A stretch of 64,000 bases of DNA, taken from a bacterium (GTDB lineage Bacteria; Patescibacteriota; Andersenbacteria; UBA10190; CAIZMI01). Positions 39,695 through 51,388 of this stretch are shown here, one piece after another. The notes under the pieces are model-generated. The model did no database searches. It had not been told where the DNA came from and saw only the letters and a program-made list of their open reading frames with translations. A program made the translations under genes and the position numbers. The stretch spans positions 15,532-79,531 of the forward strand of contig JAUSJG010000027.1 in assembly GCA_030647555.1 (NCBI GenBank), read 5' to 3'. Position 1 is the first letter of the stretch, and each line of letters opens with the position of its first letter.

Positions 39695-42037
39695 ATGAAA
39701 ATATCCTATAACTGGCTAAAAGAATACGTAGATTTACCCGTTAATCCGGAGGAAATTGCACGTCTTCTGACCGAACATTCGTATGAAGCGTCGGTTGTTG
39801 GTAACGGGCCTTTAGTTGATTTAAAGCGGATCGTTGTCGGTGAAGTCGTAGAAACCGCGAAACACCCAAACGCCGATCGATTGTCTTTAACAAGAACAAA
39901 AGTCGGTAACAAAGTTTATGAAATCATTTGTGGTGCATCCAACGTGAGAACTGGATTAAAGGTGGCCGTCGCGTTTCCGGGTGTGCAAGTTTTGGATAAA
40001 GAGGGGAATTTGGCAACTTTGGAAAAGGCGGTAATTCGCGGAATCGCCAGTGAAGGAATGTTGTGTTCTGAACGCGAGTTGGGACTTGGGGACAGTCACA
40101 GTGGAATCATGGAATTGCCGGTCGAAACAAAGAATGGCTTAACACTGGACAAATTGTTTGCGCCAAATGTTGTTTTGGATATCGATTTGCTTCCCGATCG
40201 GGCGCCAGATAGCTCATCATATTTTGGTGTTGCGCGTGAAGTTGGCGCCTTGCTACAAAAAAAGACAAAACTACCAAAGGTTTCATTGAAACTTTCAAAA
40301 AAGAATTCTTCCGCGATCAAATTAAATATCGAGAACAAGAATCATTGTCTTCGTTATATAGCGATGGAAATCGACGGAATCAAAAATGGTCCTTCGCCGG
40401 AATGGCTTCAGGATGATCTGCGTTCGCAAGGTATCAAGCCACAAAATCTTATCGTGGACGTTACGAATTTTGTGTTGTGGGAATTGGGTCAACCAACACA
40501 TGCGTTTGATGCGACGGCCATAAACGGACAAATTGGTGTGCGTCAAAGCAAAGCCGGCGAAAAATTGGTTACGTTGGATGACGTGGAACGAGTTTTGCCT
40601 AAAGGCACGTTAATTATTACTTCTAATGATTTGCCGGTGGCAATTGCCGGTGTAATGGGCGGTAAGGCAAGTGCGGTAAAACCTGATACAAGTAAAATTG
40701 TTTTAGAGGCAGCTATTTTCGCGCAACCGATTATCAGACAATTTGTAAATAAAACAAATGTTCGCACTGATGCATCCGATCGGTTTACGCGCGGATTAAC
40801 ACTTGATCATGCCGCTGCTGGAGCAAATCGCGTGATCGAGTTACTTGTTAAGTACGGTGGCGGAAAAGTGGTTGCACAGCAGGAATTTTCCGTAAAGCAA
40901 GAAAAGACAAAATCCGTCACTGTTACGCACCAACAAATAGAAGATGTTTTGGGCACAAAAGTTAAACCGTCTGAAGTTATAAGTATTTTAAAAAGATTGC
41001 AGTTTTCTGTTTCGGAAAAAGCAAAAAAATATGTCGTGAAAGCGCCCTTATTCCGTCGTGATATCGAAATTCCCGAAGATGTAATTGAAGAAGTGGGAAG
41101 AGTACTTGGATACAATAATCTTCCAAGCAGACTTCCGGAAGCACCACTTACACCAACACAGTTGCCCCAGTTAGCAAAAGATATTCGCGTTCTGCAAAAC
41201 GTTCTGCGTGGCGCCGGTTTTCTTGAGGCTTATTTCTATTCAGTCGTTAAAGATAATATTGCGAACATTCTTGAGGTAAACGTCGACGAAAGTTTGGTTG
41301 TGGTTAATCCACTTCGCAGTGATGAAAAATTACTGCGTCAAAGTTTATTGCCGAATATCTTGGGTGCTTCGGAAAATATCGTAAAAAAAGAACTATTGAC
41401 AAGGATTTTCGAAATCGGGCATGTCTATGCGAAGGACTCCTCGGAAAAAAGTTTCTTGGCCGGCGCGATTGTGCGTCGCGGAACAGCAGAAACACAAGAT
41501 TTTTTTGAATTGAAGGGAATTGTTGAATACCTATTGGAACAGTTGGATTTACCGGAGATTACGTTCAAACCACTTGCATCTTGGAATCTTGGTACGGCTG
41601 GTGCATCCATTTCTGTTGGAAAAACAGTGGTAGGAGCAATTGGATTAATCGACCAAGAAATTTTAGGTAAGCTCAAGGTGCGGGGTGGTATCGTGGCATT
41701 TGAAATAGATTTGTCATTAGTCGAAAAATTACAGCGTGAACAAACGACGTATAATCCGCCCTTGCCATATCCAACCGTCGAGCGCGATATAACACTTGTC
41801 TTTCCGGAACAGGTTTTGGTGGATGCGGTGCAAACAATGATTATGACAGCTGGTGGTAAAAATGTTCAGGATGTGGATTTTGTCGATCAGTATGATGATG
41901 AAAAACAGCGTAGCGTGACATTGCGAATCCTATACGGATCATCTGAAAAAACGCTGACCGATGGGGAAGTAAATAGTCTTCAAAAAAATATTTTGTCCGA
42001 ACTGGCAGAAAAACTTGGTGTAAAAGAAAAAGGATAG
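39695..42037 (+). CDS. pheT: Phenylalanine--tRNA ligase beta subunit
   Basis: MKISYNWLKEY, HPNADRL, SEGMLCS, GQPTHAFD and EEVGR motifs; ferredoxin-like anticodon-binding C-terminus. Confidence 0.96.
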   Translation: MKISYNWLKEYVDLPVNPEEIARLLTEHSYEASVVGNGPLVDLKRIVVGEVVETAKHPNADRLSLTRTKVGNKVYEIICGASNVRTGLKVAVAFPGVQVLDKEGNLATLEKAVIRGIASEGMLCSERELGLGDSHSGIMELPVETKNGLTLDKLFAPNVVLDIDLLPDRAPDSSSYFGVAREVGALLQKKTKLPKVSLKLSKKNSSAIKLNIENKNHCLRYIAMEIDGIKNGPSPEWLQDDLRSQGIKPQNLIVDVTNFVLWELGQPTHAFDATAINGQIGVRQSKAGEKLVTLDDVERVLPKGTLIITSNDLPVAIAGVMGGKASAVKPDTSKIVLEAAIFAQPIIRQFVNKTNVRTDASDRFTRGLTLDHAAAGANRVIELLVKYGGGKVVAQQEFSVKQEKTKSVTVTHQQIEDVLGTKVKPSEVISILKRLQFSVSEKAKKYVVKAPLFRRDIEIPEDVIEEVGRVLGYNNLPSRLPEAPLTPTQLPQLAKDIRVLQNVLRGAGFLEAYFYSVVKDNIANILEVNVDESLVVVNPLRSDEKLLRQSLLPNILGASENIVKKELLTRIFEIGHVYAKDSSEKSFLAGAIVRRGTAETQDFFELKGIVEYLLEQLDLPEITFKPLASWNLGTAGASISVGKTVVGAIGLIDQEILGKLKVRGGIVAFEIDLSLVEKLQREQTTYNPPLPYPTVERDITLVFPEQVLVDAVQTMIMTAGGKNVQDVDFVDQYDDEKQRSVTLRILYGSSEKTLTDGEVNSLQKNILSELAEKLGVKEKG

Positions 42038-42062
42038 GGCAAGAAAACAGGATACAGGATTG

Positions 42063-44202
<2,140 letters not shown>

Positions 44203-44212
44203 AGGTTTTTGT

Positions 44213-44405
44213 GGATCACACGCGATAATGGGTCATTTGAGGTAGGCGTAGCGATTCCTCCCTTTTTCAAAGGTTGCACACGCATCGGCGGTGTTACCCT
44301 GATGGGTTAAAGGCGGGGAGGGATTGTGAAGATAAGCACAGTCTAAGCTTCTTATCTTAATCCACCCTCGCCCTCCTTTAAATAAAGGAGGGAAACGACG
44401 GCGTC
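44213..44405. mobile_element. CCTCCCTT/AAGGGAGG palindromic element with a 37-bp insert in its left arm
   Basis: Homologous along its length to 53056-53246; insert at 44274-44310. Confidence 0.75.
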
Positions 44406-44517
44406 TTCTTTTTTAATTTGACGTAATTCTGCGTGTACTGCTATCCCGCTATTGCGTGTGATCCGTTTTTGTGTTGTTTATCGTAAAAACTTTGTTTTGT
44501 TGTGTTATCATATACGG

Positions 44518-46263
44518 ATGAATGACCAACAAGATAAAAATCTAATAAGTGAACCTATTAAACCGCCAGTTGTGAATAATCCTATTCCTCAAACAAAGGT
44601 AGTTTCTGACATTATTCCGGAAGTTGATAAAAGTCTTTTGATAAAACCGAATGACCAGCTTTTGAATATAGATCTTCAGTCCAAAGAAAAGATTGCGGAA
44701 GTGAAGCAAAAAAACGACTTTAAAGTGCTAACAGCTGTGCCATTGGTTGTCGATAATAATGCCAGCTCGATACTACTGGGGATTGAAGAGAAAAAACCGT
44801 TTAATCGGTTGTTTATCATTACTCCTTTTTTTCTATTGGTACTTGCCGGTTTTGCCGTGGCTTTCTATAGCGGAGTTCTGCCGTTGCCATTTTGGGGTTT
44901 GACGCATGAACAAGTCATAGAAAAAATGTTTGACGCTATCCCCAATATTCGTTCCGGTCGTTTTGGGATGGAAATCAATTTTAAATCCTCGGCAAGACAA
45001 GCGGGAATGCAAGGATATGATTTATCTCCAATGTTGGGTGGGGCGGGAAACGGCGCGTCGGTTGATGGTGCCGGCGAAAGAGATCGTGTACGGCTTAACG
45101 CAACTAGTGATATTGCGACCGCCTTGGAAGCTTATAAAAAACAGAATGGTAAATATCCGCAATTTCTTAATGATATAAAAATCGTCACTCCTGATATTAT
45201 CCTTGATCCGGCTTCAAAAAACCAATTTGGTTATCGACAAGAAAAGGGCGGAATGGATTTCACACTGCATATACAGATGGAGACCGATCAAGGAATCAAT
45301 AATTTTCGAAATGCCGTGTTGGTAATTCCTTCCGCATCTCTGCAAACTGTCGAGGATAAGTTGGCGGTGGTGCATGCTGATACGCCAAAACTTAAGAAAC
45401 AAAACGTATCGTCTGTTTCAGCAAATACAACACCGGCATATGACCCAACGGTTGTTCTTCAAAATTTACCGTCCGAAATTGACGCAAATCTTCGTTTTTC
45501 CGGTTTAGCTAAACAAGGTATCGCTGGTAGTGACGCGCTTTTGAATATTGACGGTAGTTTAAAATTGAGTGGAATGAGTTTTTCCGCCGGTTTGGGATTG
45601 ATAAAAAAAGGCGATATTGTTTATGGGAAAGTTAAAGAGGTTCCAACGTTGGGTTTCTTTGATCTTGCTGTGCTTAGAGATAAATGGGTCAAGTTGGAGA
45701 AGGCCGATTTAAGCAAATTAGGGTTTAAAGACGCGGATCAGCAGTTACAACAGGAAAATATGGCAAAGTATCTTGTGTTGGCGAAAACATACTTGCAAAT
45801 TCTAAAAGAAGAAAAAGTCTTTTCAGTTGTTAAAGAGTTGCCGAAGACGAAAGATAAAAATGACACTTATTATCATTACGCGGTGAATATTAATAGTGAT
45901 AAAATAGCGGTTATTTACGAAAGATTAAACGCCGAAATAAAGAAGCAATTTGGCGGTAAAGGTGACTATATCAGCGCTGATTTGATCGCTTATCTTCGTG
46001 GTTCGGAATACGCCAAAATCAATAAAATTTCTCAACAAAACACGCAAATAGAGATCTGGATCGATACAAAGAATTTTTGGCCGCATAAATTCACTTCAAA
46101 CTCGGTCTTTGTACCACCGGATAATATTCAAAAATTGAAAGACAAACAGTACCTTGCGCAGGTGACCTTTGATCTATTTGACGTAAATAAGCCAATTGTT
46201 GTCGACGCGCCCACAGAATTTATTTCTCTCGATGATGCGCAGAAACTGGTGACGGGGAAATAG
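44518..46263 (+). CDS. Membrane-anchored hypothetical protein with an internal pilin/GspG-like segment
   Basis: Low-complexity N-terminus, one TM helix, RD..R...IATALEAY....GKYP...DP segment; ATG at 44518. Confidence 0.65.
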   Translation: MNDQQDKNLISEPIKPPVVNNPIPQTKVVSDIIPEVDKSLLIKPNDQLLNIDLQSKEKIAEVKQKNDFKVLTAVPLVVDNNASSILLGIEEKKPFNRLFIITPFFLLVLAGFAVAFYSGVLPLPFWGLTHEQVIEKMFDAIPNIRSGRFGMEINFKSSARQAGMQGYDLSPMLGGAGNGASVDGAGERDRVRLNATSDIATALEAYKKQNGKYPQFLNDIKIVTPDIILDPASKNQFGYRQEKGGMDFTLHIQMETDQGINNFRNAVLVIPSASLQTVEDKLAVVHADTPKLKKQNVSSVSANTTPAYDPTVVLQNLPSEIDANLRFSGLAKQGIAGSDALLNIDGSLKLSGMSFSAGLGLIKKGDIVYGKVKEVPTLGFFDLAVLRDKWVKLEKADLSKLGFKDADQQLQQENMAKYLVLAKTYLQILKEEKVFSVVKELPKTKDKNDTYYHYAVNINSDKIAVIYERLNAEIKKQFGGKGDYISADLIAYLRGSEYAKINKISQQNTQIEIWIDTKNFWPHKFTSNSVFVPPDNIQKLKDKQYLAQVTFDLFDVNKPIVVDAPTEFISLDDAQKLVTGK

Positions 46264-46464
46264 GGTGGTAGATCAGTTGTTGAAGTCTTGATTAGCCCTC
46301 TTCGTTATTGATTTTATTTTTTGATCCAGATTTGTATATAGTATTTGGTATGTTGTATATGGGGAAGATGGGCTTGCTACGCTCCATATACTATATACCA
46401 TATACTATATACAAAAGGTCATATCATTTTGGGGTGGGTTACAAGAAAAGGTTCTAAATGCGTG

Positions 46465-46493
46465 TTGACACCATAAGATATGCCTGTTATTAT
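46465..46493 (+). promoter_or_regulatory. Sigma70 promoter for secE-nusG
   Basis: TTGACA-17 nt-TATTAT. Confidence 0.6.
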
Positions 46494-46552
46494 CCTCATG
46501 AGGTCTCACCGACGCGCAATGCTAATTTTTACCCCGGTGAGCCGAGCACACT

Positions 46553-46768
46553 ATGAATTACATATCCAATATCACCAAACTCCCCCAAGGAGTTGTGTCC
46601 TATATTCGTGATTCACGAACGGAATTAAAGAACGTCCAATGGCCCACTAGGGCCGAGACGATTCGTTATACGATCCTGATTTTGGCTGTTTCGCTGGCTG
46701 TGGCTATTGCCACTGGTGCAGTTGATGCCGGTCTCACCTATGTTATCCAAAAATTCGTCCTTAAATAA
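46553..46768 (+). CDS. secE: Preprotein translocase subunit SecE
   Basis: ELKNVQWPTR motif plus a TM helix; upstream of nusG. Confidence 0.93.
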   Translation: MNYISNITKLPQGVVSYIRDSRTELKNVQWPTRAETIRYTILILAVSLAVAIATGAVDAGLTYVIQKFVLK

Positions 46769-46774
46769 CAAACG

Positions 46775-47320
46775 ATGCCTAAACAGATATCTAGCGGAGA
46801 AAAATCTTGGTTCGTCCTTCACACCTATTCAGGTTACGAAGATAATGTTGCGCGCAATTTAAAGCAACGTATTGAGTCGATGGGAATGGAAGATAAGATT
46901 TTCAATGTTTTGGTGCCACGCGAAAAGAAAATCAAGATCAAGAACGGCAAACGTCGCACGGTTGAGGAACGTCTTTTCCCCGGTTATGTGATGGTCGAAA
47001 TGATTGTGACGGACGATTCTTGGTATGTTGTGCGCAATACGCCAAATGTCACCGGTTTCGTTGGTTCCGGTACCACGCCGACTCCCGTTTCTGAAGACGA
47101 AATGAAGCATTTAATGGAGCGAATGGGCCAAGACGAACCGAAGTACACGATGGACATCAAGATTGGCGAAACCGTCAAAATTATTGATGGGCACTTCAAA
47201 GAATTCGATGGTAAAATCTCCGAAGTTAACGAGCAAAAGGGCAAAATCAAGGTTTTGATCAATATGTTTGGTCGCGAAACGCCACTAGAATTGGACTTTT
47301 TGCAGGTTAAGAAAGTATGA
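46775..47320 (+). CDS. nusG: Transcription termination/antitermination protein NusG
   Basis: WFVLHTYSGYE, FPGY, VRNTPNVTGFV, KOW motif and FGRETP. Confidence 0.97.
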   Translation: MPKQISSGEKSWFVLHTYSGYEDNVARNLKQRIESMGMEDKIFNVLVPREKKIKIKNGKRRTVEERLFPGYVMVEMIVTDDSWYVVRNTPNVTGFVGSGTTPTPVSEDEMKHLMERMGQDEPKYTMDIKIGETVKIIDGHFKEFDGKISEVNEQKGKIKVLINMFGRETPLELDFLQVKKV

Positions 47321-47327
47321 GATAGTA

Positions 47328-47410
47328 GTCTTTGCGAGGCACATCAGTGCCGACCCTGCGAGGGTTACCGATAAAGCAATCTCCTTTCTAGTAAAGCCAC
47401 TCGCAATGAC
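47328..47410. repeat. GTCWTTGCGAG...GCAATCT...CTCGCAATGAC palindromic element
   Basis: Terminal inverted repeat GTCTTTGCGAG/CTCGCAATGAC; same family at 20544, 48678 and 51773. Confidence 0.72.
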
Positions 47411-47459
47411 GGTCGACATTGGACAAAATTAAGCAAATAATATATCTTTTAAACTCATC

Positions 47460-47882
47460 ATGGCTAAAGAAATAATAAAAAATATAAAGTTGCAAATTCC
47501 CGGTGGTCGGGCAAACCCGGCTCCACCTGTGGCTACTGCGCTCGGGCCCCACGGTATTAATATGCAGGATTTCTGCGCGAAGTTTAACGAGAAGACAAAG
47601 GAAAAGAATGGGGAAGTAACGCCTGTTATCGTTACTATTTATAAAGATCGTACTTTCACTTTTGTTCTTAAATCGCCACCGGCTGCGGAACTTTTAAAGA
47701 AGGCCGCTAGGGTTGAAAAAGGTTCCAGTGAACCTAATAAGAATAAGGTTGGTACAGTCACAAAAGAACAAATTCGTGCCATTGCCGAACAAAAAATGGA
47801 AGACTTGAATGCTTTCGATGTTGATCAAGCAATGAAAATGGTGGAAGGAACAGCACGCTCAATGGGAATTTTAGTTAAATAA
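47460..47882 (+). CDS. rplK: 50S ribosomal protein L11
   Basis: [20 protein letters not shown] and GTARSMG motifs. Confidence 0.97.
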   Translation: MAKEIIKNIKLQIPGGRANPAPPVATALGPHGINMQDFCAKFNEKTKEKNGEVTPVIVTIYKDRTFTFVLKSPPAAELLKKAARVEKGSSEPNKNKVGTVTKEQIRAIAEQKMEDLNAFDVDQAMKMVEGTARSMGILVK

Positions 47883-47898
47883 TTTTTGAATCAATCTT

Positions 47899-48576
47899 AT
47901 GACAGGAAAGCGAACAGCGGAAATTGAAAAGACTAAACCGGCGACAACTGTTTCTATTAAAGAAGCGGCGGCGTTTGTAAAAGAACACGCCAAAGCCAAG
48001 TTTGACGAAACGGTAGAAATTCATATGCACCTCGGTGTTGATCCAAAGCAATCCGATCAAACAGTCCGTGGCACGGTTTCGTTGCCACATGGTTCACCTC
48101 GATCAATTAAGGTTGCTGTTTTTACTGACAATACCGCCTTACAAGAAAAAGCTAAAGAAGCTGGCGCCGACATTGTTGGTGGTGTTGAATTGGTCAATGA
48201 AATTGCGGCTAAGAAATCTTTTGCCGCCGACGTTGCAGTGACTACTCCGGACATGATGAAGGAATTGGCGAAGATTGCGAAAGTATTAGGTCCACGCGGA
48301 TTAATGCCAAATCCAAAGACCAGCACAATTGGTCCTGATCCGGCTGTCCTCGTAAAATCATTAAAGGCCGGCAAAGTGAGCTTCAAAATGGACGAATCCG
48401 CCAACATTCACGTTGGTGTGGCCAAAGCGTCTTGGGACGCGGATAAAATTGCCGATAACGCACGCGCAGTAGTAGATGCCGTCCGCCAGGCCCGCCCGCA
48501 AACAGCGAAAGGGGAATATATTTTGTCAGGGACTCTTACTTCAACTATGGGAGTAGGTCTGAAAGTCCAACTGTAA
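47899..48576 (+). CDS. rplA: 50S ribosomal protein L1
   Basis: AKFDETVE, VRGTVSLPHG, LGPRGLMPNPK and STMG motifs. Confidence 0.97.
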   Translation: MTGKRTAEIEKTKPATTVSIKEAAAFVKEHAKAKFDETVEIHMHLGVDPKQSDQTVRGTVSLPHGSPRSIKVAVFTDNTALQEKAKEAGADIVGGVELVNEIAAKKSFAADVAVTTPDMMKELAKIAKVLGPRGLMPNPKTSTIGPDPAVLVKSLKAGKVSFKMDESANIHVGVAKASWDADKIADNARAVVDAVRQARPQTAKGEYILSGTLTSTMGVGLKVQL

Positions 48577-48599
48577 CGGTATTTGAAACTTGGGCGACA

Positions 48600-48950
48600 G
48601 AATGCCCAATACCCAATTTCCAATAACCAATGAAATGTTCGAATGTTCAATTCGGGCATTTTTGTAAAGGAGGGCAGTCTTTGCGAGCCATCGCTCGAAG
48701 CGAGGCGAAGCAATCTCTCGCGTTTCCTCCCTTTATTCAAAGGGAGGAGGGGAGGGATTTTAGGCGAGTGTAAGGCAAAAACAACCAACACATATATTAT
48801 AGTAAGCGCTCACAGGTTGAGGAAATAGCCGTAGTGGCCACATCGAAGGTGGTGCTTCAGCACTTCCTCGGGAGTGGATGCAGGTTAGCGACGAACGAAC
48901 CCACACCACCTTCGAGGAAGCCGTGAGCGGCCACCTCGAAGGTGGTCACT
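48600..48950. repeat. Composite intergenic region with five repeat families
   Basis: Heptamer arm (48601), GTCTTTGCGAG element (48678), CCTCCCTT arm (48725), CGCTCACAGG end (48806) and CCACCTCGAAGGTGG palindromes (48838-48948). Confidence 0.7.
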
Positions 48951-48977
48951 TATCAAAATATTTTGTAACATAAACTC

Positions 48978-49700
48978 ATGCATAAAGGTCTACTCCTCGT
49001 CAACGAAGGTCCGGATGGTTCCGGCAAAGAAACGCAGACACGACTACTTTGCGACTATTTGGAAGGAGAAGGGTATAATCTCGTAAAATTTTCGTTTCCT
49101 ACATACAAGCAAGATCCGGTGGCGGACTTGATTCGGTTTATGTTGCACGAGGCCAAGGATGATTGGAACACACGCGATTGGCGTTCTAAAGCGGTTTTAT
49201 ATGCATCGAACAGGTTACGCTTCGCGCCAGAGATGCGCGCAGCATTAGAAGTTCCGGGGAACGTTGTTATATGTGATCGGTTTGTTTCCAGTAACCAAGG
49301 CCATATGGGCGCGTTGGCGGAAGATCCGACCGAGCGCTTACAACGCTACGCCTGGATTGATCATTTGGAATTTGAAATGATGGGCCTGCCAAGACCGGAC
49401 GTTGTTTTATTACACACGATGCCGAGTGAAATGCGGGCTCAGCTTCTAATGAAACGCGAAAACGGAAATCCGGACGCGCACGAAGGAAATTCCGCATATC
49501 TAGACCTTGTCGAACAAAGTTACTACGAACTGATGGATTTTTACCCGGAAGTTTGGCGACACATTCCGGCGGACATGGACGGAAGGTTGCAGACGCCGGA
49601 TGAAGTGCACGGACGTGTGAAGCAAGCACTTCTGGGACATCAAAATTGGATTGAATTTGTAGAACAACGAGAGCCGGCTGGCATTCAATTTGAAATTTGA
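48978..49700 (+). CDS. tmk: Thymidylate kinase
   Basis: EGPDGSGKETQ P-loop, FP, CDRF and PRPD motifs. Confidence 0.85.
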   Translation: MHKGLLLVNEGPDGSGKETQTRLLCDYLEGEGYNLVKFSFPTYKQDPVADLIRFMLHEAKDDWNTRDWRSKAVLYASNRLRFAPEMRAALEVPGNVVICDRFVSSNQGHMGALAEDPTERLQRYAWIDHLEFEMMGLPRPDVVLLHTMPSEMRAQLLMKRENGNPDAHEGNSAYLDLVEQSYYELMDFYPEVWRHIPADMDGRLQTPDEVHGRVKQALLGHQNWIEFVEQREPAGIQFEI

Positions 49701-49820
49701 AATTTTTAATTTGAAATCAATTTTTAATATTTAAATTTGAAATAACGACGCGCGGTTTTCAAATTAAGATATTTAACTATTTCAAATTGATTAAAAATTT
49801 CAAATTTCAAATTAAAAATT
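49687..49820. repeat. AT-rich heptamer-repeat palindrome (AAATTTG/CAAATTT type)
   Basis: Inverted arms around a cgacgcgcgg loop; overlaps the tmk stop codon. Confidence 0.75.
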
Positions 49821-49868
49821 GGCAGTCAACTAGGTGACAAACCACACGTTTTCTTTTAATCTGAGCTT

Positions 49869-51353
49869 ATGGAACTAGAACCAGTAATAGGCTTAGAGAT
49901 CCACGTTCATCTCAACACCCAATCGAAAATGTTCTGCGGGTGTAAAAACGTATCTGAAGCAGAAGAACCCAACCGTTTTGTCTGTCCGATCTGTATGGGT
50001 TTTCCGGGGCAGCTGCCCGTTTTGAATGCCAAGGCGGTGGAGTGGGCAATCAAAGTTGGCTTGGCTCTAAACTGCAAAATTGCCTCGCATACGACATTTT
50101 CCCGCAAAAGCTACTTCTATCCCGATTTGCCAAAGGGTTATCAGATTTCGCAATACGACGAACCGATTTGTTATGAAGGAAAAGTAAAAGTATTCGTAAA
50201 TAACGAAGAAAAAGAAATTGGAATTACACGTGCGCACATGGAAGAAGACGCTGCAAAAAACATTCATGACGGTGGAACGCTTGTTGATTACACCCGTTCA
50301 GGGACTCCACTGGTAGAAATTGTGACCGAGCCGGACATCAAAACTCCACAAGAGGCCAAGATATTTTTGGAAGATTTACAGCGCACGATTCGCTACATTG
50401 GCGTATCTAATGCGGATATGGAAAATGGCGACTTGCGGGTTGATGCCAATATTTCGATGCGCGAAAAAGGTGGCAAATTAAATCCAAAAACGGAATGTAA
50501 AAATCTGAATTCATTCAAAGCCGTGGAACGCGCACTGACTTATGAAATTGCACGTCAGACAGAACTCTGGAAACAGGGCAATCCGCCAATGAAACAAAGC
50601 ACGCGTGGTTGGAATGATGCAACCCAAGAAACAGTTGAACAGCGTGTGAAAGAAGATGAAGCGGATTATCGTTATTTTCCGGAACCGGATGTACCGCCAC
50701 TAAGAATTGATGAAGAGTTGATTCAACGGATGCGTGAGGCATTGCCGGAATTACCTCATGACAAAGAAGCTCGTTTCATTAGTCAGTTTCAACTTCCTGA
50801 TGAGCAGGTGCGGATTATGGTGGAAGATCGAATGTTGGCCGCTTATACCGAGGATGTATTCTCAGAGATTTTGGCATGGAACGAACAACGTTCAGACGTT
50901 GAAAAGAGAGACAGTGTCCGCTTGTATAAATTGGCATCAAACTATTTACTCGGTGATTTTCGTAATATTCTTGCCGAAGAAAAAACGGATTTTAGTCATA
51001 CAAAAGTAAGTCCGGAGAATTTTGCCGAATTGATTGTAATGTTGCATCGCGAGGAAGTGAATCGCAACGCGATGCCGGAAGTTTTGCGAATTATGCAACA
51101 AACAGGCGGTGACCCATCAAACATCGTTGCCGATAAAGGATTGGGGCAGGTGAGTGATGATGATCAGTTGCGTCGGATTGTTCAAGACATGTTGAACGCT
51201 AATCCTGCCGAGGTGGATAAGGCGCGAGCCGGAAAAGTCCAAGTAATTCAATTCTTGATGGGCAAAGTAATGGCAGAAACGAAAGGTCGTGCCAATCCGC
51301 AAAAAGTGCAGGAGATGATTCGCGATGAATTAGGATTGACGAATAATGAATGA
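49869..51353 (+). CDS. gatB: Asp/Glu-tRNA amidotransferase subunit B
   Basis: IGLEIH, YFYPDLPKGYQISQ, EIVTEP, RVDANIS and YRYFPEPD motifs. Confidence 0.96.
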   Translation: MELEPVIGLEIHVHLNTQSKMFCGCKNVSEAEEPNRFVCPICMGFPGQLPVLNAKAVEWAIKVGLALNCKIASHTTFSRKSYFYPDLPKGYQISQYDEPICYEGKVKVFVNNEEKEIGITRAHMEEDAAKNIHDGGTLVDYTRSGTPLVEIVTEPDIKTPQEAKIFLEDLQRTIRYIGVSNADMENGDLRVDANISMREKGGKLNPKTECKNLNSFKAVERALTYEIARQTELWKQGNPPMKQSTRGWNDATQETVEQRVKEDEADYRYFPEPDVPPLRIDEELIQRMREALPELPHDKEARFISQFQLPDEQVRIMVEDRMLAAYTEDVFSEILAWNEQRSDVEKRDSVRLYKLASNYLLGDFRNILAEEKTDFSHTKVSPENFAELIVMLHREEVNRNAMPEVLRIMQQTGGDPSNIVADKGLGQVSDDDQLRRIVQDMLNANPAEVDKARAGKVQVIQFLMGKVMAETKGRANPQKVQEMIRDELGLTNNE

Positions 51354-51388
51354 TGAATCGACTACGCGATACGTTCATTATTCATTAA

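Noticed and set aside
46500-46550. tRNA-Trp or a riboswitch upstream of secE
   Set aside because: Only a short CTCACCG/CGGTGAG stem is present, with no cloverleaf or recognisable aptamer.
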